From a virus (Duplodnaviria > Caudoviricetes), in the IMG/VR virus record IMGVR_UViG_2561511107_000003, positions 6,264 through 70,263 of that record: a stretch of 64,000 bases of DNA. One strand, given 5' to 3'. How positions within the stretch are numbered: the first letter of the stretch is position 1; every line of letters begins with the position of its first letter. Below are positions 49,422-58,342 of the stretch, one piece after another. A program made the position numbers and the translations under genes. The notes beneath the pieces are model-generated. The model worked only from the letters and a program-made list of their open reading frames with translations, did not search any database and was not told the DNA's origin.

Positions 49422-50825
49422 ATGACCACCACCACGGATGAGACGAACCGGCTTCGCGTGCTACGGGAAGCGTGTTCGTTGACACAGCGGGAGGTCGCGG
49501 ACCGGCTTGGTCCGGCTGTGACTGAGGCGCATGTGGGTCGGTGGGAGCGCGGGGAGGTTGCCCCGTCGCTGCGGTATCGGCGGCTGTTGGCGGGGGTGTT
49601 CGGTGTGAAGGTGGCCGACCTCGGCTTGCCTGCCACTCCCCCGGCGCCGCGTCCCAGGTCGAGCGCAGAGGACTGGTTTGTGGCAGATGAGCAGGATTCC
49701 CGGGTGGTCGAGTCGCAGGATCGTTGGCGGGCCACCCGGGCGGCGTTGAACGCCAACCGGCACCAACTAGCCCAGGTGGCGGCCGGGTTGTATCCGGACC
49801 ACCGGCTGACGGACACGGGGCTGATCGCCGGTGAGGGATGGATTCCTGACGGCCCGGTCGACCTGGCCGCGGTGAAGCTGATGGAGGCCGACGCGCCGCT
49901 GTCGGCGTTGGATGGGTCGGAGCGTGAGGCAGCTCGGCTGCTGCCGGACCAGTCGCTGATGCGCCCGTTTCCGAGGTACACGACGGCGGTGCGGGATCTG
50001 GCGAGGCCGCGCCTGTTTGAGGACCGACACGCGTGGCGGCTCGTTGGCGTGGACTGGTCGGCGGGTTCGCTGGCGTTCGGGGATGGCACGTACTTCGGGT
50101 TCGCGGACGTGTTCGAGTCGCTGGCGCACGAGCTGGCCTACGTGGCGCTGGATGCGAACGGGCATCCAGCGCCGGTTCCGTCGCTGCGTGACCTGCCGTT
50201 CCGCCGTCTGGTCGGTTCCCCGTTCGACCTCGGCCGGCGTCCGGTGATGCCGGCCGTGTCCACTTTGACCATCAGGCGTGACGGGGATTCGGCTGAGTTT
50301 CTGATGCACCGCCGTGACCCTCGGGCTGTTGCCGCCGCTGGGGGCATGTTGCAGGTGATCCCGTCGGGGATCTTCCAGCCGTCGAGTCTGCTGCCGGCCG
50401 CTCGCGCCGCCGATTTCGACCTGTGGCGAAACATCCAACGTGAGTTGGGTGAAGAACTGTTGGGGATGCCGGAGGCGGACGGGCACGGCCGACCCGTCGA
50501 CTACGCCTCAGGCCCGTTCGGGGTGCTCGATGAGGCGCGTGACGCGGGCCGAGTGCGGGTGTGGTGTCTGGGTGTGGCGTTGGATGCGCTCACGCTGGTT
50601 GGGGAGATCCTGACCGTGCTGGTGGTCGACGCCGACGTGTTCGACCATCTCGCCTACGACTTCGTGGACCGCAACGATGAGGGCCAGGTGGTTGCGGAGC
50701 GGTTTCCGTTTACGGCTGAGGGGGTGCGGGGGCTGCTCGGGTCTGGGCGTGTCGCCCCGGCTGGTGCCGGTTGTTTGGACCTGGCTTGGCGGTGGCGGGG
50801 CATGCTGCTACCACAGCAGCGGTGA
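49422..50825 (+). CDS. XRE HTH fused to a Nudix-like domain
   Basis: LTQREVADRLG...VGRWERGEVAP; C-terminal PSGIFQP...IQRELGEELLG. Confidence 0.75.
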   Translation: MTTTTDETNRLRVLREACSLTQREVADRLGPAVTEAHVGRWERGEVAPSLRYRRLLAGVFGVKVADLGLPATPPAPRPRSSAEDWFVADEQDSRVVESQDRWRATRAALNANRHQLAQVAAGLYPDHRLTDTGLIAGEGWIPDGPVDLAAVKLMEADAPLSALDGSEREAARLLPDQSLMRPFPRYTTAVRDLARPRLFEDRHAWRLVGVDWSAGSLAFGDGTYFGFADVFESLAHELAYVALDANGHPAPVPSLRDLPFRRLVGSPFDLGRRPVMPAVSTLTIRRDGDSAEFLMHRRDPRAVAAAGGMLQVIPSGIFQPSSLLPAARAADFDLWRNIQRELGEELLGMPEADGHGRPVDYASGPFGVLDEARDAGRVRVWCLGVALDALTLVGEILTVLVVDADVFDHLAYDFVDRNDEGQVVAERFPFTAEGVRGLLGSGRVAPAGAGCLDLAWRWRGMLLPQQR

Positions 50826-51112
50826 TGACGAGCCACATCGATCCCGCTACCCTGCGCACACGAGACGTCGTCATGCCATACCGGCGGCCAGGGCAGCCCT
50901 CCCGGCGGTCTGACCCGAAAACAACGGGCCGCAGTTGATCTAGGTCCTTGCCTGGGAGACCTGCTGGGCCCACCGAGCCCGGCATGGCGCGTTCCACGTC
51001 CACCGAAAGTGACCTCCCGCCACTCGCATCGGATGCGAAGATCTCGCATCTACTGCGACCCGCTTGTCAACATGCAGACATGGAGGGAAATCGGCGACGA
51101 GATGGGGCTGCT

Positions 51113-51200
51113 CGGCATGCTGATCGTGCCGAGCAGGCGTCCATGCTGGTCGACTGCGGTGGCCACGTGCACATCGGCGTGGGTATCTATGCCCACGGTG
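51113..51200 (-). pseudogene. IS110-family transposase N-terminal remnant
   Basis: VGIDTHADVHVATAVDQHGRLLGT. Confidence 0.65.
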
Positions 51201-51302
51201 GACCCGCACCTCCCTCGGCCAGCTCGCCTTACGCGCGGCAGGCCGTGGGGCGCGATGTGAGCCAAGGATGGCGCGCCGCCGGCAAGCCCACGCTAGTAGA
51301 TT

Positions 51303-51349
51303 TGTAAGGCGCCTTGCAATCCACTGCAAGGCGCCTTACACTTTTGGGT
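51303..51349 (+). promoter_or_regulatory. Promoter with a double palindromic operator
   Basis: TTGCAA-17-TACACT; TGTAAGGCGCCTTGCA and its perfect inverse 6 bp apart. Confidence 0.8.
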
Positions 51350-52189
51350 ATGGATGATGCTGACAACGTTCCGCCCGTGTTCCGTTCCCTCGTGGACCGA
51401 CTCGGTCCGCCCGTGCCGGTGGAGGACGCACGATCCCGGTGGGCCGAACTGGTGGCGGCGGCCGAGGCCGGCACGGCCACCCTGATCACCCGCGACGGCC
51501 GGGAGTGGGTCGCACTGGTACCGATGGCCGAGGTGGCCGAGCCGGTCGCCTGGATGCCGATGTGGCCGCTGTCGGAGGCCCGCGCCAAGCTCGGCGACGT
51601 GATCCACGAGAGTCACGCCAGGACTCAGGTCCTCACCCGGCACCGGAAGCCAGTCGCCGCAGTCATCGACGCCACCGTGCTTCTCGACCGGCCAACCCCG
51701 GCGGACCGACTCCCGGCCGAGACGTTGTTGGACGCCGGCCGGCGGATCGTGCTGGAAGGTGACCCCGGCGCCCCGGGCCGGATGGACTTCGACGGAGAGG
51801 TCACCGAGCAGTCGGAGCCGGCGTGCTACACGGCCACGGCCGTGAACCGGGACGGCACGACTGTCGCAGTCGGTGTCGGCCCATCGCTAGGGGAGGCGCT
51901 GCTGCGCCTGGCCGCGCCCACCGAGGGCACGCCGGTCATCTGGTCAGTCATGCGCGGCGAGTCACCGAACGCAGCTGCGGTCGAGCCGCAGATGATCGGT
52001 GTAGACATTCCGTTGCAAGTCCTGGCCTGGGCCGAGGCTCACGGGATGACCGAGGACGACCCGGACGTGTACCTCCTCATCGCCCCGGCCGACGGAGCCC
52101 GCCCGTTCGATGGCGAGTTGGCGACCAGGATGGACGTGCTACCTCCAGAGACGGTGGCGCAGATCGAAGAGGCGATCACCAACGCCTAG
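51350..52189 (+). CDS. Tandem Phd/YefM antitoxin-like domain protein
   Basis: EDARSRWAELV...ITRDGREWVALVP and SEARAKLGDVI...LTRHRKPVAAVI. Confidence 0.75.
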   Translation: MDDADNVPPVFRSLVDRLGPPVPVEDARSRWAELVAAAEAGTATLITRDGREWVALVPMAEVAEPVAWMPMWPLSEARAKLGDVIHESHARTQVLTRHRKPVAAVIDATVLLDRPTPADRLPAETLLDAGRRIVLEGDPGAPGRMDFDGEVTEQSEPACYTATAVNRDGTTVAVGVGPSLGEALLRLAAPTEGTPVIWSVMRGESPNAAAVEPQMIGVDIPLQVLAWAEAHGMTEDDPDVYLLIAPADGARPFDGELATRMDVLPPETVAQIEEAITNA

Positions 52190-52203
52190 TTGGCCAAAGG
52201 AAA

Positions 52204-52233
52204 GACCCCCGGCTCGGCGGCGAGCCGGGGGTC
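52204..52233. terminator. Stem-loop terminator
   Basis: GACCCCCGGCTCG GCGG CGAGCCGGGGGTC. Confidence 0.7.
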
Positions 52234-52423
52234 GCCCGCGCGAAACGGGCAAGCGCGCTCGATGGTGTCCGTTGGACGAACCCACACCTCGGCCAGCTCG
52301 ACCATCGTTGCCATACCCGCCGAGAGGCCGTCAGTGATCATGATGCCTGGAGTTGTTTTTGGTCTGGAAACTACGGGCGGGCCATGCTGACACCGGCCAG
52401 CGTCGGAAGGCGGCAGGTCGGCA

Positions 52424-53098
52424 TCACACACCTCCCAACAGGTCGGCGAGCAGGTCCCGGTGGGCCGGGAAAACGGGGCCGGCGTAAACCTCGGCCAGAT
52501 ACGAGGCGAGCTGGTCGTATGTGTCGCAGGGCACCCACGCGGCACGGCGGGCGTCGTCCTGGCCAGTCACGTCGGGTAGGTGGAGCCAGCCGGACCCCAG
52601 GTCGATCCGCACGGGGGTGGTGACCATCCACGCCTCGTCGGATGCGCGGGGGTCGGGCACGACCCGGGCCGGCAGCGTCGTAACCCACGGGTCGGCGGGG
52701 TTGGCGACCAGCGCGGCACCCTCGGTCAGCTCCCGGAACGCGGCGGCGAGGGCGGTTTCGCCGGGGTCGACGTGCCCGCCGGGCAGCGCCCACCCGAACC
52801 CGTCGCCACGCTCGATCAGCAGCAGACAGCGCGCCCCGTCGATGTCCCTGGCGGTGACGATCGCGTCGGCGGCCTGCGCCTCGCCCCAGTGGCCGAGGCG
52901 GTTACGGCCGTAGCGGATGCCGGTCGGCGGGGCCGGCGCGACCGGCCGCCCGTCAACGACCGCGAAGGGAATCGCTGCTCGGCGCTGTCTTTCGGCCCAG
53001 TCGATGACGGTGGGGTCCATGATCGGGTCGGCCCACGACTTGCCGGCGGCGATGCCGGCCAGGACGGACGGGGCGGTGTAGGTGCGGTCAGTGCTCAC
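52424..53098 (-). CDS. Nudix hydrolase (NUDT9/ADP-ribose pyrophosphatase-like)
   Basis: GRNRLGHWGEAQAADAIV, WALPGGHVDPGE...RELTE, DPRASDEAWM, GQDDARRAAW. Confidence 0.88.
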   Translation of the reverse strand: MSTDRTYTAPSVLAGIAAGKSWADPIMDPTVIDWAERQRRAAIPFAVVDGRPVAPAPPTGIRYGRNRLGHWGEAQAADAIVTARDIDGARCLLLIERGDGFGWALPGGHVDPGETALAAAFRELTEGAALVANPADPWVTTLPARVVPDPRASDEAWMVTTPVRIDLGSGWLHLPDVTGQDDARRAAWVPCDTYDQLASYLAEVYAGPVFPAHRDLLADLLGGV

Positions 53099-53303
53099 GG
53101 CTACCTCCGGTCGGGGCGGTCGGATGGGCGGAATCCGGCATCAGTGATTGGGTTTCGGCATCGCGGGTGGGGCAGTTCTGCGGACAGACGTCCACGGTGG
53201 TGTCGGTGTCGCACACGCACACGGCCGCCGAGGGCTGGTAGCGGACCCGGCGGGGGCGACGGCCGTACGACGCCGCCCCCGCCTGAAAGTCAGCCCGACT
53301 CAT
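53088..53303 (-). CDS. Small Cys-containing protein
   Basis: CVC...CPQNC; coupled ORF. Confidence 0.45.
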   Translation of the reverse strand: MSRADFQAGAASYGRRPRRVRYQPSAAVCVCDTDTTVDVCPQNCPTRDAETQSLMPDSAHPTAPTGGSREH

Positions 53304-53500
53304 CGCTGCCGCCACTCGGGGGAGCTGCCCCGCGAACTCGTCCGCCAGGCCATGCCGTCGCTGGCGGCCTTCACCTGCGGCGTCGCTTTGAGCGCCCGCC
53401 GTGCGTCTTCCAGCCGCTTCTGGTTGGCGGGGGTCGGGGTGTCTTTCGCGTTCTGCTGGGCGTGCAGGAACGCGTCTGCCTTCTGCTTGAATGGGTTCAC
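53300..53500 (-). CDS. Small hypothetical protein
   Basis: GGAGG RBS before GTG. Confidence 0.6.
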   Translation of the reverse strand: MNPFKQKADAFLHAQQNAKDTPTPANQKRLEDARRALKATPQVKAASDGMAWRTSSRGSSPEWRQR

Positions 53501-53631
53501 GGTCGGCCCTCCGTTTGGGTGCGGGTCGACCACCCCTACGGCGCTCGAATCGCCGTAGGAGTGATCCTCTGGTTGGGGATCGGGGCGGGGTGCGGTCGGC
53601 TTGTCCAGGGCGTGACCGCACCCCGCCGGCT

Positions 53632-53766
53632 CTACTTACGTCCGGTGTTGCCGCCGTTGAGGGCGGTGTCGACGGCGGTGGTGCGCTTCGACAGGGGCAG
53701 GTCCGCGGTGGCGCGGATGGTTTGCCCGACCTGCTGCGCCCGGTCGCTGCTGGTGTTTTTCGCCAT
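53632..53766 (-). CDS. Small hypothetical peptide (44 aa)
   Basis: AAGGAG RBS. Confidence 0.55.
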   Translation of the reverse strand: MAKNTSSDRAQQVGQTIRATADLPLSKRTTAVDTALNGGNTGRK

Positions 53767-53849
53767 GTCTGCTCCTTCGTTAGGGGTGGTCGTTCGCGTC
53801 TGCGGCGACCCCGCGCGGGCCGGTTGGTGCACGATCCGGCCCGACGGGC

Positions 53850-54110
53850 TCACGTCGCAGATGAGCGGGTGGGCTGCTGCGCTGGCTCAGGCTTGCCGGC
53901 GCGCCACTGCCGAAAGTTGCGGGCGTACACCCAGCCGTAGGCGGCGCAGGAGATGAGGAATCCCCACTGGCGGGTGTGGACCGCGTAGGCGAGCCACAGG
54001 GTTTGGGCGCCGATCCCGACAGCCCACCCCCACGGGCTGCGGCGGCCGGCGAGGTACAGGCCGGTGACGCCGACGGCGGTGAGCAGCCACGACCATAGTT
54101 GCGGGTTCAC
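53850..54110 (-). CDS. PnuC-like short membrane protein
   Basis: GLYLAGRRSPWGWAVG...LWLAY...NFRQW; three TMs. Confidence 0.7.
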   Translation of the reverse strand: MNPQLWSWLLTAVGVTGLYLAGRRSPWGWAVGIGAQTLWLAYAVHTRQWGFLISCAAYGWVYARNFRQWRAGKPEPAQQPTRSSAT

Positions 54111-54159
54111 GGGCCGGTCCGCGCGGTGCGGGCGAGGTTGTCGTGCGGGTGGACGCGCA

Positions 54160-54360
54160 TTAGGCCGGCTGCTCGTCGCTGGCGGGAAGGGGGGTCAGGC
54201 CGATGACGACGACGTTGCTGAGTCCCTGTGTGGCCGCGATCTGCTGGCTGATTGCAGCGAGATCGTTGGCTGTAGCGATGGGCCGTGTCGGCTGGTAGAT
54301 GCAGTTACCGAAGCCGAAGCCGCTGCCGGTCACGTGGCTGTAGGCGGCGAAGTAGCGCAT
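54160..54360 (-). CDS. Small hypothetical protein, paralog A
   Basis: GGAGG RBS; MRYFAAY...GFGNC. Confidence 0.7.
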   Translation of the reverse strand: MRYFAAYSHVTGSGFGFGNCIYQPTRPIATANDLAAISQQIAATQGLSNVVVIGLTPLPASDEQPA

Positions 54361-54449
54361 GTTGCCCTCCAAGGGGTTGATCCGTTGTCTTTTCTCCGCC
54401 TGCCGCACACAGCTGCGATGGTGAGCAGGCAACCAGCGGTAGGTCAGAT

Positions 54450-54641
54450 CTAGCTTTCGGGCACGTCCTGAACGTTTATGACAATCAAACGGTCGTGGCC
54501 AGACTTGGCGATCTGAGCAGCGGCACGAGCCGGGTCGGTAAGCGGATGAAAGTCGAACTGTCCGACGCAGTTACCAACCCCGACACGGGTTCCGCCCGGC
54601 TCGGACCGCTCGTAGTAGTAGGCGACGAAGTAGTAGCGCAT
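54450..54641 (-). CDS. Small hypothetical protein, paralog B
   Basis: GGAGGA RBS; MRYYFVAY...GVGNC. Confidence 0.7.
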   Translation of the reverse strand: MRYYFVAYYYERSEPGGTRVGVGNCVGQFDFHPLTDPARAAAQIAKSGHDRLIVINVQDVPES

Positions 54642-54660
54642 GGGTCCTCCGGATGCCCGG

Positions 54661-55353
54661 CTAACGCTGACCGTCGGCAAACAGTCGGGTAGCCTGTTTG
54701 ATCAACTCGTCCTGCGCAGCGAACAGCCACATCAGCGCTCTGGCGTCCGCTCCGTCGCCGTGGTACCGCTCCTGCGGATACCAGTCACCCAGGTCCACAC
54801 CGGCCGTCTCTTCCAGCTCGGACAGCGGCGGTACCTTCGCCAGGACATGGTCCGGCAGTTTGCGCATGATGGTGGCCAGGTCGTACGCCTGCCCGGAAAG
54901 CCGCCGGGCAGCCTGCAGGGCTGCACGACGTTGATCAGCGAGCGTGAGTAGCTGCGCCTGCCAAAACCCGTCAGGGGTGCCCCGCAGCTGCTCGTACGCG
55001 TCAACGGCCCGCTGCCGGGCCTGCTGGTACTCGCCCACCAGTGGGGCAATGTCCCTGAGGAGAGCGACGACCTGCCGGTTGTGGCGGGCCACCCGCCACA
55101 GCATGTAAGCGGCGTGCTCTTCGGCGTAGGCGGACCGGCGTGCCTCGGACACGGCCTGCCCGATGTCGGAGCTTTGGGGGTGACTGTCTTCGGCGGCTTT
55201 CCAGGCGTCCTTGACGCTGCCGGGGATCTTTGGCTCCGGTTCGTCGCCGGTGAACGGTTTGAACTGCCACCTGGTGCCGGTGTTGTGCTGCTTGGCGGTA
55301 ATGAGGTGAGGATGATGCCAGGCGGGGACTTTGTTGTTGCCTACGTTGGCCAC
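54661..55353 (-). CDS. Hypothetical helical protein
   Basis: 230 aa; GGAGG RBS. Confidence 0.7.
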   Translation of the reverse strand: MANVGNNKVPAWHHPHLITAKQHNTGTRWQFKPFTGDEPEPKIPGSVKDAWKAAEDSHPQSSDIGQAVSEARRSAYAEEHAAYMLWRVARHNRQVVALLRDIAPLVGEYQQARQRAVDAYEQLRGTPDGFWQAQLLTLADQRRAALQAARRLSGQAYDLATIMRKLPDHVLAKVPPLSELEETAGVDLGDWYPQERYHGDGADARALMWLFAAQDELIKQATRLFADGQR

Positions 55354-55380
55354 TACTGCCTCCGGGTTGCGATCTCTTGG

Positions 55381-55536
55381 TTAGCGGTTGCGGTCCTGGG
55401 CGGCGATCATCCGCGCGGTGCGGAGGGACGCAGCGGTCTGAACACCGGCCGCCTTGTCGCGCTGCTCCCGGGCCTGTTCGCGCAGGGTTTCGGTGACCGA
55501 CGGGATCGCGCTATCGGACGCGGTCCTGTTGTTCAT
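55381..55536 (-). CDS. Small hypothetical protein
   Basis: AAGGAG RBS. Confidence 0.55.
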   Translation of the reverse strand: MNNRTASDSAIPSVTETLREQAREQRDKAAGVQTAASLRTARMIAAQDRNR

Positions 55537-55623
55537 GTGCGCTCCTTGCTGTCGGGTGCTGGTCTGTGTAGACCCTGCGTGGGTCCGGGCCACTCGACCG
55601 GACCCCACAGGCTCGACGACAGG

Positions 55624-55788
55624 TCAGAGGCCGTAGCCGAGCGAGGCGTTGATGGCGGCCCGACGCGAGTTGGCGCGACCCGGACGGATCCGCACGGTCT
55701 GCCGTTCCCCGTCGGCACCGCGGATGGTGCGGGTCGGGCGGATCTCGGTGGTCGTGTGCCCGATGGTGACGGAAGCGTTCGTGAACAT
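55624..55788 (-). CDS. Small hypothetical protein
   Basis: GGGAGA RBS. Confidence 0.55.
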   Translation of the reverse strand: MFTNASVTIGHTTTEIRPTRTIRGADGERQTVRIRPGRANSRRAAINASLGYGL

Positions 55789-55868
55789 GAGGGTTCTCCC
55801 TGGATTTTGGAGGTGCCTTCGGTGGCGGGCTCCCGACACGGCATGGGGGTACGGGGCCACCCGATCTG

Positions 55869-55979
55869 CTACTTGCTGCTGCTGTTCTTGCGCAGGTCGT
55901 CGCGGATCCGCTCCACCTCGACGGCGTTACGGTTGTCCTTGTCCCGCTGCGCGGCCAGCGAGCGCACCTCGCCGGCCAT
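55869..55979 (-). CDS. Small peptide (36 aa)
   Basis: TGATG coupling to the upstream ORF. Confidence 0.45.
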   Translation of the reverse strand: MAGEVRSLAAQRDKDNRNAVEVERIRDDLRKNSSSK

Positions 55980-56350
55980 CACTCGACCCCGGCCCCGGCG
56001 TGGGGTAGGGCGGTGGGGGCAAGCCAAGACCCGAGCAGCAGCACCGCGTTACCGGCCTTGCCGCCGTCGAGGTGGGCGACACGAGAACCCACCTGCACCG
56101 ATACCTGCGGCACCGGCCGGTCTGCGTTCCGGTCGAATGTGACGGTCACCTTGACTCGCACACCGGCGGGGTCGGTGACGGCCGTCGACGTGGCACACGG
56201 GCCGTCGTTGTGGCGGCGGTGGCACCACAGCGGGTGTGTGCCGTGGTCGGCCGGCAGTTCGTCGAGGGTGGTGGGCTTCAAATCGTCGTAGCTGGGCGAG
56301 TCGTTGCGGGTCTCGTGGCCTGCGCGGACCCGAGCCCACCAGGCGTTCAC
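55979..56350 (-). CDS. Hypothetical protein (HPLWC..H motif)
   Basis: Coupled ORF. Confidence 0.6.
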   Translation of the reverse strand: MNAWWARVRAGHETRNDSPSYDDLKPTTLDELPADHGTHPLWCHRRHNDGPCATSTAVTDPAGVRVKVTVTFDRNADRPVPQVSVQVGSRVAHLDGGKAGNAVLLLGSWLAPTALPHAGAGVE

Positions 56351-56541
56351 CGGACTGGCCTTGTCGTGTACGCGCCGCGGTCGTAGCCGTACGACACGGG
56401 CGACTGGTAGGGGCCGTTCACCGCGGCCGGCACTTCGACCTTCCGGCCATCCGCGTACGTGACGCGCAGCTGGTCATTGCGGCGACGCACCCGGTGGATC
56501 ACCGCACTCGGCGTATTGCTGGCGGCCTGCGGCGACATCAC
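56347..56541 (-). CDS. Small hypothetical protein
   Basis: Coupled ORF. Confidence 0.55.
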   Translation of the reverse strand: MMSPQAASNTPSAVIHRVRRRNDQLRVTYADGRKVEVPAAVNGPYQSPVSYGYDRGAYTTRPVR

Positions 56542-57056
56542 GCACCCCGCCTCGAGGTGTTGATACGGTCGGCGAACTGCTGCGGCAGCATGAGCTGGGC
56601 GCGGTCACGGGCGGCGGCATGGGTGTCCCGCAGCTCGCGGAAGGTGCGCGGCTGGGTCGGCTGCGACAGCGACTCAACCAGCTCGGTGACCTTGGCGGTG
56701 TCCTCCGGCGACTCGAACCGGTCCAGTAGGTCGTTAAGGTAGTCGGCCTGCGCCTGACTGGCGGTGTCACGACGGCGCTGCGCCTCGTGCAGGTCACGGG
56801 TCAACGCGTCGCGGATCGCGTCACGAACCCCGTCGGGGTGAACGTTGTTGAGCCCGCCTTCGCGGATAACCGCGTAGATGGTGCGGTAGACGTCCCGGTC
56901 GGCGACGGTGAAGGACAGGCCGTGTTCCCGGTTGCCGCCGGTGCGGGTCATGGTGGTGATGGAGTAGCCGCCGTCTACGGTGATTTGGGCCGTAAGCTCG
57001 TACCGGCCGTAGGGCCTGGTAACGGGATCTGGGCGCGCGGCAGTACCCTGCTGCAT
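56538..57056 (-). CDS. Hypothetical protein, first of the small-ORF operon
   Basis: AAGGGAA RBS. Confidence 0.65.
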   Translation of the reverse strand: MQQGTAARPDPVTRPYGRYELTAQITVDGGYSITTMTRTGGNREHGLSFTVADRDVYRTIYAVIREGGLNNVHPDGVRDAIRDALTRDLHEAQRRRDTASQAQADYLNDLLDRFESPEDTAKVTELVESLSQPTQPRTFRELRDTHAAARDRAQLMLPQQFADRINTSRRGA

Positions 57057-57139
57057 AGCGGTTCCCTTCGGGGAGTCCGTTGGGGCCCCTGCACCGGTCG
57101 TCCGCCAAGACTTGAGCCGGTGTGGGGGTTTTTCCTTGC

Positions 57140-57190
57140 AGCACTAACCTTGCCAAACTGGCATGTGAAAGTCAAGGGTGCACATGCCAA
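57140..57190 (-). promoter_or_regulatory. Promoter with TGGCATGTG inverted repeat (putative GntR operator)
   Basis: TTGACT-17-CAAGGT on the minus strand; TGGCATGTG...CACATGCCA. Confidence 0.6.
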
Positions 57191-57928
57191 TTAGGCGGAG
57201 AAGTTGTACACCACCTCGTACGCCTCCGTGTCAAGCACCATCCGCGTCACGTCCACGCACCGCCCCTTAGACCGCGCAAACCGCGTGATCTCCAGAACCA
57301 TCGACTTACTCCGAGGAAGCCGCAGCAGTTCGGCCTCATCCGGAAGTGGAGGGCGGCCCACGATCCGCTCCGTGAACTCATCCGGCCCCCAACCCTGATC
57401 GGCCAGCCTGCCAAACGTCCCACCCGGGCCGGTGTCGTGGTAGACGATCGCGGTCCCCCGGGCCAGGTCCACAGGGATGTGCGACTCGGCGAGTTGCACA
57501 CGTCGGCCGTCGACCTCGAACACTCGGAACCGGCGCACGACCGGCGAGTCGGCGTCGATGCCGAACGCTTCCGCCACGAACGCGGGGGCCGGCACCTCAT
57601 CAACGCGGGCGTCAACGTCGCGCCACCGCTGCTCGGTGTCCTTGTCCTGAATCGCCTTGCCACTCCCCCACTGCTTCTTCGTCACGCGTCCCGGCGACTC
57701 ACGGACGATGCGGGTGAACGGCTCACGGACGGTACTGGCAGCCCCCTGTCGGGAGATGATGGCACCTTCGGCGCGCAGTGTGGCTAGCGCCTGCTGGACA
57801 GCGCCCCGCCCCATCCCGTGCTCGGCCATCATCTCGGTGATGGACGGCAGTGTGTCTCCGGGTCGCAGCTTGCCCGAGCGAATGTCGTCTCTGAGCTGGG
57901 CCGCAAGGCTGGCGGCACTCCGTGGCAT
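57191..57928 (-). CDS. GntR/HutC-family regulator (KorSA-like)
   Basis: IRSGKLRPGDTLPS...VQQALATLRAEG, plus a UTRA domain. Confidence 0.92.
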   Translation of the reverse strand: MPRSAASLAAQLRDDIRSGKLRPGDTLPSITEMMAEHGMGRGAVQQALATLRAEGAIISRQGAASTVREPFTRIVRESPGRVTKKQWGSGKAIQDKDTEQRWRDVDARVDEVPAPAFVAEAFGIDADSPVVRRFRVFEVDGRRVQLAESHIPVDLARGTAIVYHDTGPGGTFGRLADQGWGPDEFTERIVGRPPLPDEAELLRLPRSKSMVLEITRFARSKGRCVDVTRMVLDTEAYEVVYNFSA

Positions 57929-58089
57929 GTCAAACCCCTAACTGTCTTATGACAGCAGGCTACGCGCATGTAAGGGCCGCCTTGTCCGGACGGTACGGAC
58001 AAGCTTTGCCGCGCCGCCAGCTTGCACGTCCTTCGCCATGTAAGCACTTACAGCTTGACCTGCATGTGACAGTAAGGAATGATCAGGTC

Positions 58090-58338
58090 ATGGAGCTAAG
58101 CGAAATCATGCTGCTCGTCGAAGCCCACAAGAAGGCTCGCAGTGGCGACGCAAAGAAGATCCGGCGACGCGCCGGACTGACCATGGCCCACGTAGCCGCC
58201 GTCGTTGGCGTCAGCGAATCAACCGTCAGCCGATGGGAGGGCGGTTCCCGCAAACCACGAGGCGAACACGCACTCAGGTGGGCCGCCCTGCTCAACGAGC
58301 TGGAGCGCGCGCAGGCCGAGCCGGTCGCAGCCGCCTGA
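58090..58338 (+). CDS. XRE HTH protein
   Basis: GLTMAHVAAVVGVSESTVSRWEGG; TTGACC-17-AATGAT leaderless promoter. Confidence 0.85.
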   Translation: MELSEIMLLVEAHKKARSGDAKKIRRRAGLTMAHVAAVVGVSESTVSRWEGGSRKPRGEHALRWAALLNELERAQAEPVAAA

Positions 58339-58342
58339 ACCA

